From Eukaryota sp. TZLM1-RC (lineage: Eukaryota; Protista; Metamonada: BaSk clade): DNA of 64,000 nucleotides. Both the position numbers and the translations under genes were made by a program. Below the pieces are notes generated by a model that saw only the letters and a list, made by a program, of their open reading frames with translations, was not told the origin of the DNA and ran no database searches. Positions 23,990 to 35,123 of this stretch are shown in pieces. The stretch is from assembly GCA_040285825.1 (NCBI GenBank), contig JAUPSS010000010.1:62001-126000 (forward strand), written 5' to 3'. Within the stretch, counting starts at the first letter, position 1; each line of letters opens with the position of its first letter.

Positions 23990-26008
23990 ATAATATGGTT
24001 AAATTTTTATTCAACAACAAATATGAAATACACAATTAAAACTCCACATCCTCAAAACCTACCTCCCCTACATCAAAACAATTAATTGCTAAAGATTCAG
24101 AAAATTTCCCAAAAGAAGATAGTGAATCAGAAATTAGTTTTACCATTCCCTTAAAAATAGAAAATACAATCCTGTTTTGCCAGTAAACACGATTGAAAAT
24201 TCTTCCAGTTCTTTCCTTTACAACTACAACAAAATTCTCAAGGAAAGCCATAGCAGCCTTATCTAGAGATCCAAGCAAAGAAAATACAAAGGGACATAAA
24301 TTATATTGTGCATGAGAATTTTCATTAATCGAGGAAATGGGTTTCGCATATTTAGCAATTTTATATTTTTCGCCTGCAAGAAGAGGATTATTTACATCTG
24401 AGTTAATGAGATGTTCGTTAGAGGAATTACAAGGGTCAATAGACATGGCGTCTAAAATAGTAAAACTACCATTTAAACCGGGAACAACTAGATCACCTCT
24501 TGTCAGACCCATAGAAGCTCTGTTGTAGCGCGTACTATCAATATTGGGGTCATCAAGAATTAATTTTGATAACAACGGTTCTAAAAAGGAATCTACTCGA
24601 TATGATTTGCACATTACATAAATTTGGTCCCTGACGTTATTATGCACTTTGCTTCTAAATGTAATGAAATGTTTACAGTTCAAAAGATGAGTAAACAAAA
24701 GAGGCTTACCACATTTACAAGTTAAATGATTCGGCAAATTGTTTGGCCACAGAAAACAACGAAAACGCATGTTTAAAAGCCATTCATTGTTTTTTAACAA
24801 AAGTCCATAAACTGAGGGAATTTGAGTTACTAAAGCAGCAGCAGAGCTATCACTAATATCCTTTAAAAAATTACCGAAAGCGGGATTTTTAGTTTTGGCC
24901 AAGCCAAGTCTTACTTCATAATCCAAGCCTTCAAATAATTTAACCAGATGGTGCTGAAGCTTTTTCAAGCAAAAACGTAAATTTGGAAGAGATCGGGTGG
25001 GAATTTCTTGAATATTTTGAGGAAAACACTGAATCCAGATATCACTAGGCAAATTATCTAATTCAAGTTGAAGTTGATTCAAATAAAAATTAGATTCACC
25101 ATGGATCATATGAACATCATAAGGAAACCTTTGAAAAAATTCAAAAAAAAAATTTTCCGCCTCCTAAAAAAGCTGCTTTACATAAAATCGAAGATTTTGT
25201 GAAACCAATTCCACCTAAGTCAGCAGAACAAAAAACATGACTTCGAATTAAAGATTCATTTACCTCCAATAATGAGGAAAAAAATTTGACCCGAAGTTTG
25301 TTGAAAGATCTACAAAAATCAAGAGACACTGAAGGAGGAGTTGATCTTAAAATATGAGTGAATTTACCAGCATAACAAATTTTTAAAATAAAAAATTTGA
25401 TGTGTTTTTCAATATCAAATTGAGCAATAAAACTAAGATCCTTATCAAAATTTTCCAATAAATTGCTCAATTGGGAATAAATTTCATCCAAATTACCTAA
25501 CCAACATCCAAGAAACTTGAAAGCTTGTTGTTCATAATTAATGAAAAGAATTTGAACATCATCAATCAATAAAGATTGTTTTGTTCTTCCAATTAAGAGA
25601 CATTTTTCGGGATTCAAGGCTAATCCAATGTCTTTGTATTTCGCAGCAATGTCTTTAGAAACCCTACAAATGCTTTCATAAGAACCAATAATCGAAATGT
25701 CATCCATATAAGCAACAATACGTAACTCAGGGAATTCTTTCTGGGTCTTTTCAATAGTATTATGAATAGCCAAACAAAACAGCAATGGGCCAAGAGGATC
25801 ACCTTGTTTGACACAAGATGAAGATTCAAGGGTAAAGCTGTCAAAGATTAAGTCAGACTTTTTCCCATAAAATAAATAAAAATACGCTGATAGTTCTGGA
25901 AATGCTTGAATAAGAACATCGTAAATGCAATTACGCTTTACTGAATTGAAGGCATTTTTAAAGTCCAAATTGAAAATATACTGATGTTGTTGACTATTGA
26001 AAAAAACA
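23990..26008 (-). mobile_element. Family D variant, 2-kb 5'-truncated copy (RT to 3' end)
   Basis: ORFs 25141..26127 (YMDD) and 24036..25109 ending VGFEDVEF*. Confidence 0.92.
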
Positions 26009-26887
26009 CTTCTTGAAGATTTCAGAAGTTTAATAAAAGAAAGAGCAGGAAAAGAATTGAACTTCAATTTCTGGCACAATAGAATTGTTTTTAGTATTCT
26101 TAAAGCAATTCCAGAAATGTTGACCAAAGCACTGTTACAATTAGGAATAGAGTATGAAAATCGCGCGCTGAATAGATTTGATGATGTTGATGCGTGTATT
26201 GAGGATATTGAGTTCTAGTTTTTTGTTTAATGTTTTGTTAGCGTTGAAAATAAATTTCAATTTATAAAAAAAAGGAAAAGAATTGAACTTCAATTTCTGG
26301 CACAATAGAATTGTTTTCAGTATTCTTAAAGCAATTCCAGAAATGTTTTAATTTATTATTAAACTACAGTCTAAAAGTCAATATCTAAAAATTCCAGAAA
26401 TGTTGACCAAAGCACTGTTACAATTAGGAATAGAGTATGAAAATCGCGCGCTTAAAACATTTGATGATGTTGATGCGTGTATTGAGGATATTGAGTTCTA
26501 GTTTTTTGTTTAATGTTTTGTTAGCGTTGAAAATCAATTTCAATTTATAAAAAAAATACGTTAAAAAAATGATGTTGTAAGAGACCAGTTATATTGTATG
26601 TGTAAATCTCATAGAATTGAATCCTTCTTGGAACCTCTGTTGTCAAATCTGTTTGATGCTGAAGATGATTTTCATAAGAATAATAGAGGTGATGTTATAT
26701 TACCTGGATTAGATGGAAGTTTCATTTTATTGGATGTAATGTCTGTTGATCCTTGTAATGCCTCAAATGAAAGGCTAGTTAATTCTGAAATTCATAATCC
26801 CCTTTCAAATGCTGAAAATTTTAAATTCAAAAAATACAATGAACCTTTGTCCAAATTGGCCAGTCTACAGCATGCAAAATACAATTT
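26009..26887 (+). mobile_element. Two stacked family B tails (second carries a ~40-bp A(-) stub), then a family C RLE fragment at 26569-26887
   Basis: ACIEDIEF* twice; TSD aattccagaaatgtt around the A stub; ORF 26598.. with RGD..LDV. Confidence 0.85.
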
Positions 26888-27323
26888 AAAAAAAAATGTT
26901 CCCCGTTGCTCATCCTGTCATAAAGTTGGTCATAAAAAAAATTCTAAAAAGTGTGAAAATTATCAAAATCTTTTTTTCAAAACAATTAATTTTATTCAAC
27001 AACAAATATGAAAACATAAATTACACAATTAAAACTCCACATTCTCAAAACCTGCCTCCCCTACATCAAAACAATTAATTTCCAAAGATTCGGAAAATTT
27101 CCCAAAAGAAGAAAGTGAATCAGAAATCAGTTTCACCATTCCCTTAAAAATAGAAAAGACAATCATCAAAATCCATCTACTTCTTATTCTGTAACTGCCG
27201 CTGCTGCTGAATTAAATAATTTAAAATTTAATTTACCTCCCAAACATGAGTGCACTGCAGAAGACAATGATGCAGTGATGTTAGATATTTGTCGTGAAGC
27301 AAGTCAAATTGATAATTGTGCTA
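26888..27323 (+). mobile_element. Orphan N-terminal zinc-knuckle fragment of a further family, split by a D(-) tail at ~26971-27162
   Basis: Rejoined across TSD atcaaaatc it reads CSSCHKVGHKKNSKKCENYQNPSTSYSVTAAAAELNNLKFNLPP.. Confidence 0.7.
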
Positions 27324-27938
27324 TTTTTTTATCTTAATTTTAATTTATTATTAAACTACAGTCTAAAAGTCAATATCTTCAAAACAAGCTTCCACACCAT
27401 CAAACCTCACAACAGCAATTTCTTCGTAATGTGCACTGACAGACATCAAAGCTTTCGAAATCATTTTAGGAATTGATTTGAAAATAGTAAAAACAATACG
27501 ATTTAGCCACAAGCGACGATCAAAACGCTTATTCATTCTTTTTTTTTACAAGATTTTCAAAATCATCAATAAAATTCATAGCAGTTTTTCCAAGACGACC
27601 ATATAACGATATAGCAAATGGGCAAATTTGGTAATCTACATGGCGAACATGTTTCAATTCTTTTAAAGGATTTGCATATTTTTTTCGTTTGTACAATTCG
27701 GAGTCATCAAGGGGAGATACTTCGGATTGTGCATTTCTCAAGGCATTTTTCTTGCATACATCCACTGTTACGACATCAACAACATTCATGACATCATCAA
27801 ACGAGGGCACAACAACATCAGCACGTCGTTTTCCATATTCTGAATCTCTTACGCTTTCATTTATATCAAGAGACCTCAACAAAGGTTCTACAAAAGATTC
27901 AATATGATAGGAATTACACATTGCATGGATTTGATCTC
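27324..27938 (-). mobile_element. Family A 3' part
   Basis: ORF 27529..27921; tail and poly(A) at 27324. Confidence 0.9.
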
Positions 27939-27979
27939 ATCAGTGACTATTTAGTGTCCTTGCAGAGTGAAATTGGTGA

Positions 27980-28666
27980 AATTGGATTACTGTAGGTAAT
28001 CTTAACAATACCTCCACGGGGGATGTCTCCAACCAATTTGATATTTCCTTTGTACCAGCAGGTGTAACTTTCTCGATTTGGGGGGTTATCTATGCCATTA
28101 CCTTGGGGTTTGTCATTGTTCAATGTTTGTCTGATGTTCCTGATCAGTTCATTTTTCGTATGTTCTGCATTGTCTCTATTCTAAACGTGTTGTGGCTCAT
28201 TGTTTGGCAGTTCGAGCTATTTTTACCTTCACTAATCATCATTATTGCTTACCTCACCTGTCTTCTGCTCGTTTACATCCATCTACAACAGACACCCTGT
28301 GAAACTAAGGCCGATCTTATAACCTACACAGCTTTTGCAGCACATGCAGCATGGTTGTTTGTGGCCACCATTGCAAATGCACTAACCGTTTTAGCTTGGA
28401 TGGGAGTTGACCTCGCCAGCCAGATCATTGCACAAATTCTCCTCATTGTCGTTCCTTGTGCTTTCGTGTTTGTTTTCAAGAAACTTGCCTCAGGACATGA
28501 TTATTCTCCCTACTTAGTTCTGGCATGGGCAATTCTTGGTATTGGAATTAAGAACAGTGAATTTGTTTTGACTTTTGTGCTTGCTATTGTAATGACTGTT
28601 TCCTCAGTGCTAGTTACAATACCACAAGTTGGTGAGGTTTTACGAAAGTTGATTAGAAATGTTTAG
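27980..28666 (+). pseudogene. 5'-truncated TspO/MBR-related (tryptophan-rich sensory-like) multi-pass membrane protein gene
   Basis: 228 open codons beginning NWITVGNLNNTSTGDVSNQFDISFVPAGVTFSIWGVIY, then LNVLWLIVWQ, AAWLFVATIAN, LVLAWAILGI; higher GC than flanks; no start codon, abuts a B fragment. Confidence 0.7.
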
Positions 28667-28899
28667 TTGTTTTTTTGTGTTCATCTATATATATATATTG
28701 TTATTTTTCATCCACTTTTCGGGAAGTCATTTTTCCAAAGTCGTTCTTTTGCAACATCATTTATACACATAGTGGAAGCTAACATTTGAACCCGTATAAT
28801 TTGACGCCATGGCTGCAGTGTGTATGGGGTATTCAATCCTTACAAAGTCTTGCTTCTTCATTTGATATAGTTTTCAGTGACTAAAACTATAATTTAATG

Positions 28900-30630
28900 T
28901 AAGATCGATCTATTTGAACAATAATCACATATGATTTGATCACTCAATATGTCAAACAGTATTTTTCTGAGAGAACTCAATTTTTGGGTTCAGTACTGAA
29001 CATCAATAATATTGATGATATTCCCTTTCATACTTTTAGATCGCATAAACATGGTGGTAGTGGCCTAACTTGTTCATCCATTTTTCAAATGCTTCGTTTT
29101 TAGATGGAATCAAGAACTTCTTATTTGAACTTGCTCTACGGTTTCCTCATCAATAATTGTATTTAGCACAAAATTCTACTTCAGTTACAACGAAGTTTTT
29201 GCGTTCCTTTCTAGAAAGTTGTTCGAATGACTTCTGGAAATCATCATTTCCTGCAAAAGTTGACTTTAACTCAATAGAAACTAAAGATTTACCAAACTTT
29301 TTGAGAACAGTTCCCAAACTACAGAAGAAAATTATTAATTATCTAGAGGCAGAATCACTGAACAACCAAATTAGCATGGTCAACAACTCCGGTGATTTTT
29401 CTTTACAGTTGTTTTTGACTTCTTTGTGTAGTGTGAATTCTTTTCAAAATAGTTCATCTTGTTTGATAACCACAAGTTCAGTTTATAGTAAGTAGTTGTA
29501 TTCATAACCAATACATATTTCAATACATATATGAAAGAATTGGAAAAATTTTCAATCGTGTTTATTGGCAAAACAGGATTGTATTTTCTATTTTGAACAG
29601 AATGGTGAAATTAATTTCTGATTCACTCCATTTATGTTTTAAATTTTCTGAATCTTTGGTAGTTTACTGTTTCTATGTAGGGGAAGCAGATTTTGAGGAT
29701 GTGGAACTTTGGTTTATTTGATGATTTTTTTTCTTTATTCGATAAATAAATAATAGTGGATTAATTGTAAACTGAATGATTCTAGGAGGTAGATCAATCA
29801 ACATGGACAACCAGTGATGATCAGCATTCATACTTTCTGAGTTTAATATGGCATTGTTCATTGAGAATTGTACTTTACACTCCATGAATAAGTCGACTGT
29901 TTTTGAATTTGACCATTTTTAAATTTAGAGACAAATTTCTTGCGAATTTGGGTATTTTTCAATCTATTTCTTTCTTCAACCAAATACAAAACATTTCTCC
30001 AATTGTTCTGTTGGATTAAATTTTGGTTTCCAAAAAGATCTTCTTTGTTTCATTATTTGAAATATATTTGTCAAATGAAGATCAAAAGAATTTTGCAATA
30101 TGTGGAATTTTTCAGTTTCACACTTTTTATACAATAAGGTAAGATCGGGAAAACCAGGACCACCCTTATATTGGAGTAAATATAGATAAATCACATTGGC
30201 AATTCTAAAGACACCTAGTCGTGATTTCAACATTCTAATCAGTGGTGACCTGTTTGTTAATACAAGTTTCTCACAAATTTGGACTATTGCTCTCAGATAT
30301 TCAATTTTTGACGGTCATGCGAATCAGACTTAATATTTCTCCTCCTCAAAGCTTATCAGATATGAACTGTAAAGGTGGTGCTTTTGGTTTTATTAATCAC
30401 CATCTTTCCTGCTGTGAATTCACTCAAAAAAGATCAATTATCCACAATGCTGTTGATGATTGTATTTATGATCTCTTAAAATGTGTTCATTATCCAGTTC
30501 GTTTAGAACCTCTGTTTGATGAATTAAATTTCAGTTTGAGCTAAAAACGAGGTGATATTCAATGTGATTGATATGATAGAACTGAAATAATTATCGATTA
30601 TACTACCGTTTCTCCATGGAAAAGAAGCTT
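28900..30630 (+). mobile_element. Old, divergent RLE-element relic (family G; ~28900-29490 and ~30242-30630) with a decayed D-like tail at ~29530-29750
   Basis: KHGGSGL, KNFLFELALRFP, FGLLLSD..MRIRL..CK..HLSC..RSIIHNAV..LEP..KRGD..IIDYT; many stops. Confidence 0.65.
29760..30240 (-). mobile_element. Possible relic of a different non-LTR lineage (post-RT region)
   Basis: LYLLQYKGGPGFPDL resembles the LYLPxxxGGLGxPxL thumb motif; downstream HWL..LPP..IQFTIN. Confidence 0.4.
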
Positions 30631-30899
30631 TAGTTAAAATTGTTGTTTAGTTTTCAAATGTGTCTGTTTCCGGAATAAAATAATCACATATGTCATAGAA
30701 GTCTAAGATGTTGCGTTGTGGGATAAAGTCCATCAAATATATAAATATCTTTTTCACCCAATAATTAAAAAGTGCTCAAACCTACCAAACAAGAATTCAT
30801 CAGACATAAGGAGTTATTTCGGAAAAAACAATTGCAAGAAATTAATTTTTCAAAAAATAGGCACAATTTTTTCACTGATATTTTTTTTAAAACTGGAAT

Positions 30900-32147
30900 A
30901 TTTATTGAGATAAAAATAACCATCTAGAATTCAATATCCTCCAAACAAGCGTCACTATTACTGAACCTACTCACAGCACTACGTTCATATTCTACACCGA
31001 TAGCTAAAAGTGCCTTTGAAATCATTGTAGGAATAGACTTGAAAATGCAAAAAACAATTCTATTTAACCAGAAAGTGGAGTTCATTGTTTTACCAGACCT
31101 ATTCAGTAACACTTTTTTAAAATTTTCCAAAAAGTGCAACCCTGAAGGTCCAATATTGCCAAAAAGAGAAATTGCAAACGGCACAAACTGATATTTCACA
31201 TGTTCCACTCTACCTAACTGTGCCAAAGGTTCTTCATATTTTTTTATCTTCTTTTTTTCGGTGTTAGATAACGGCGAATCAGCGGAATACACTAAACGAG
31301 CAGCAGAATTTTTGCAAACATCAACTGAGACAACATCTACAACATTGAGAACACCATCGATCCCTGGAGCTACTAAATCTGTCCTTCTTTTACCAAAGGA
31401 ATCATCAGTTTGATCTGAAGACAGCTTACGTACTAATGGCTCAATAAATGCCTCTATATTGAAACTTTTGCACATAGCATATAATTGATCACGAACTGAG
31501 TCATGAACAATTGAGCGATAAGTTATGAAATACTTACAGTTTAAAATATGGGAAAGCGTAACAACACTCTTGCAGCGACAAATTAAATCATTTGGTAAAG
31601 AACAAGGCCATAGAAAACATCTCAATCTCATTGCAGTGGTCCATTGGTGATCATTGAGTAGAAGGCCATAAATGTTGGGAATTTGGGAGATTAGGCAACT
31701 TGAGCAACTGTCTTCAAGATCAATCAAAAAGTTTGCAAAAACGGGATTTTTTTCTTTAGCCAAGCTAAGACGTACAATATAATCCAAGTTTTCTAAAACT
31801 TTTAAAAATTTTTTTCTGCAATTTTGCAAAAGTCAGTGGTAGGGAGGGCAAGCTTCTTGGAGGAAGTTCCACAATATCATAGGGGAAACATTTAGACCAA
31901 ATATTGGGTGAAAGAGTTTCAATTTCTTGTTGCAAAGAAATAAGATAAGAGCTGCCACAATTTTCAATGAGATCAATTTTTTCTGGAAAACGATTCACAA
32001 ATTCATAAATAAAATTTTTACAACCTCCAATAAAGGCAGCTTTACAAAGGTAGCTTGATTTATGAAAATCAACACCACCAAAATTTGTACCACAAAAAGT
32101 GTGGTTTCGTAACTGAGATGCATCAATTTCCAATAATTTTGCTAAAA
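30900..32147 (-). mobile_element. Family E 3' half
   Basis: ORFs 31765..32175 and 30924..31829 (RRTD..VDV..KKY, ends ACLEDIEF*). Confidence 0.9.
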
Positions 32148-32340
32148 AATTGAAATTTATTTTCAACGCTAACAAAACATTATAAAAAACTAGAACTCAA
32201 TATCCTCAATAAACGCATCAACATCATCAAATCTTTTAAGCGCGCGATTTTCATACACTATTCCTAATTGTAACAGTGCTTTGGTCAACATTTCTGGAAT
32301 TGCTTTAAGAATACTAAAAACAATTCTATTGTGCCAGAAA

Positions 32341-32516
32341 TTTTTTTTTCTTCCCCCCAGCATCGAACTTCCATCCTCTCCATCATGATTGTTGAAAACC
32401 TCCCTTTTCATGGTCCAGGCCCTCCTATTGTTTTCTTAACCATTATTGAATACTGCTCTACGTTGTATCCCTCTTCTTTTTTGACTCTACTGAATGTTTT
32501 TCCACTGATAACATCA
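32341..32516 (+). mobile_element. Passenger element, 5' part only (third variant), inserted in a B(-) tail at 32148-32342
   Basis: T-run+cttccccc start; MIVENLPFHGPGPP.. in frame for 44 codons. Confidence 0.85.
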
Positions 32517-32530
32517 TTGAAAATTCTTCC

Positions 32531-35123
32531 AACGAACATCTCATTAACTCGGATGTAAATAATCCTCTTCTTGCAGGCGAAAAATATAAAATTGCTAAAT
32601 ATGCGAAACCCATTTCCTCGGTTAATGAAAATTCTCATGCCCAATATAATTTATGTCCATTTGTTTTTTCTTTGCTTGGATCTCTAGGTAAGGCTGCTAT
32701 GGCTTTCCTTGAGGATTTTGTTGTTGTTGTAAAGGAAAGAACTGGAAGAATTTTCAATCGTGTTTACTTTTTTAATTTAATTTTAATTTATTTTCAAAAC
32801 CACAGTCTAAAAGTCAATATCTTCAAAACAAGCTTCCACACAATCAAACCTTACAGCAGCAATGTTTTCATAATGTACACTGACAGACATTAAAGCTTTC
32901 GAAATCATTTTAGGAATTGATTTGAAAATAGTAAAAACAATACGATTTAGCCACAAGCGACGATCAAAACGCTTATTCATTCTTTTTTTTTAATAATTTT
33001 AATTTTATTCTAAACCTATAAATCAACATCTAAAAAATCCATCTCTCCCAAAACAAAAACACTAGATGCAACTCTCTCATAGTGAGATCCAAGAGAAAGC
33101 AAAGCATCGGAAACCATCTTCAACATCCCCTTAAAAATAGAAAACACAATTCTATTTTGCCAAAACAATCTGTTGAAATTTCTGCTAGTTCTTCTCTTTA
33201 CAATCATTTCAAAATCATCCAAAAAACGTAAAGCAGTTGGTGCAAGTGAACCAAAAAGGGAAAATACAAATGGATACAAATTGTATTTTGCATGCTGTAA
33301 AAGTAGGCCATAAATCTGGGGAATTTGATTTATCAAAACTGCAGATGAACTGTCCTTCAAATCAATCAAAAAATTTGCAAAAGCAGGATTTTCTTTCTTA
33401 GCCGTGCTAAGTCGAACAATGAAATCCTTGCTTTCAAATTTTTTCAAGAGATGTCGTTGGAGCTTTTTCAACGTAAATTTTAAAGAATACAAACTTCTGT
33501 CTGGAATTTCTTGAATGGATATGGGGAAACATGATTGCCATAAGTCGGGAGATAAACTGGATATTTCTTCTCTTAAGTTATCGAGGAATAGGCTATTTGT
33601 AGTTTCAAGAAGATTTTCGGCAAAAGAATATCTTCTAGAGAATTCAAATACAAAATTTTTTCCACCACCAATAAATGCAGCTTTGGTCAAATATTTTGAT
33701 GAATTGAATCCAACACCGCCAAGTTGAACATCAGAAAAAATATGATTTTTCAAAATTGATGGATCAACAGACATTAAATAAGCCAAAAATTCAGTACGTA
33801 TTTTGTTAAATTGTCTACAAAAATTGTAAGTTAGGGATGGAGGTAATGATCTCAGTAAATGAGTAATTTTTCCAGCATAACAAATTTTCAAAAGAAAAAA
33901 CTTAAGATGTTTTTCCAATTCAAGGGTCTTTATGACTTCTAGCTCTTTTTTAATTGAATTTAAATAGTTTTCAAGGCTATCAAGTGTCTTTTCGGCGGAA
34001 CCTAAATAGCAACCAAGAAAGCAGAAACTAGTTCAAGTATAATCAATATATGGAACTTCGAGGGAATTAATTATTAACTTAACATTTTTCCTTTTTTTTA
34101 TTTAATTTTAATTTATTATTAAACTACAGTCTAAAAGTCAATATCTTCAAAACAAGCTTCCACACCATCAAACCTCACAACAGCAATTTCTTCGTAATGT
34201 GCACTGACAGACATCAAAGCTTTCGAAATCATTTTAGGAATTGATTTGAAAATAAACATTTTTCCTAAACATTTTTCCTAGAAATACAAAAACATTTTTG
34301 AACATTCAACTCAAGACCTATGTATTGGTATAATGTAGCAGCTTCATTAGCAACCCTATCAATTGTACTTTCTGGACCAATACAAGAAATGTCATCCATG
34401 TAGGCTACCACTTGAAGGTCAGAATTTTCTTCTTTTAATTTTTTCAAGATTGGGTGAATTGCAAGACAAAAAAAGAAAGGACCTAAAGGGTCTCCTTGTT
34501 TAACTCCTGATAAAGAATCAAGATTAAAGGAATTAAAAATTAAATCAGATGAATTACCATAAAACCTATAAAAAAAGGTTTCGAGTTCAGGAAAATTTGA
34601 TTTGATTTCTTTCCAAATTGAATCTCTTTTCACTGAATTGAAAGCACTTTTGAAATCAAGATTAAAAATGCAACTATTTTCGTGACAATTGAAAAATAGA
34701 TCAGATGTCAAAGCCGCAACTGAAGCTCCATCTATGGTTTTGATTCCATACTGGAATGGAGAAAAGTATTCTTTAGCTTTTGTTGAAACTCGGTTAAAAA
34801 TTACTGAAGACATCAGGCGATAAATGGCTTCACCAATAGCAATTGGGCGAACTTTTCCATTAGGTTTAGTTAAAGCCACTAACCGTGATGCACTTAATTC
34901 TTTGGGTGGAACAATTTTCATTGTCAAAACATTTTGAAAAAAGGAACATAAATCTTTAATAATAAAGGAATTTTGGCGGCACACGGATTTCAACATATCA
35001 AAAGTTATTCCAGATGGACCTGGAGCTTTTCCAGATGGAAGACGAAAAATGGCCGTTTCAACTTCTTTTTCAGAAAGTGGATTTTGTTTCCAAAATTGTG
35101 AAGCAGGTGGTTTATCCAAATTA
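32531..35123. mobile_element. Mosaic: D(+) 32531-32768, A(-) tail, C(-) tail 32984-33299, A(-) 33300-35123 with nested A(-) tail 34093-34254
   Basis: ORFs 33016..33918 (A/C fusion) and 34265..35119; TSD aacatttttcct. Confidence 0.88.

Noticed and set aside
28690-28870. Convergent gene remnant or alternative genetic code downstream of the TspO-like ORF
   Set aside because: The minus-strand frames I translated contain stops and no recognisable motif; element ORFs end at standard TAA/TAG.
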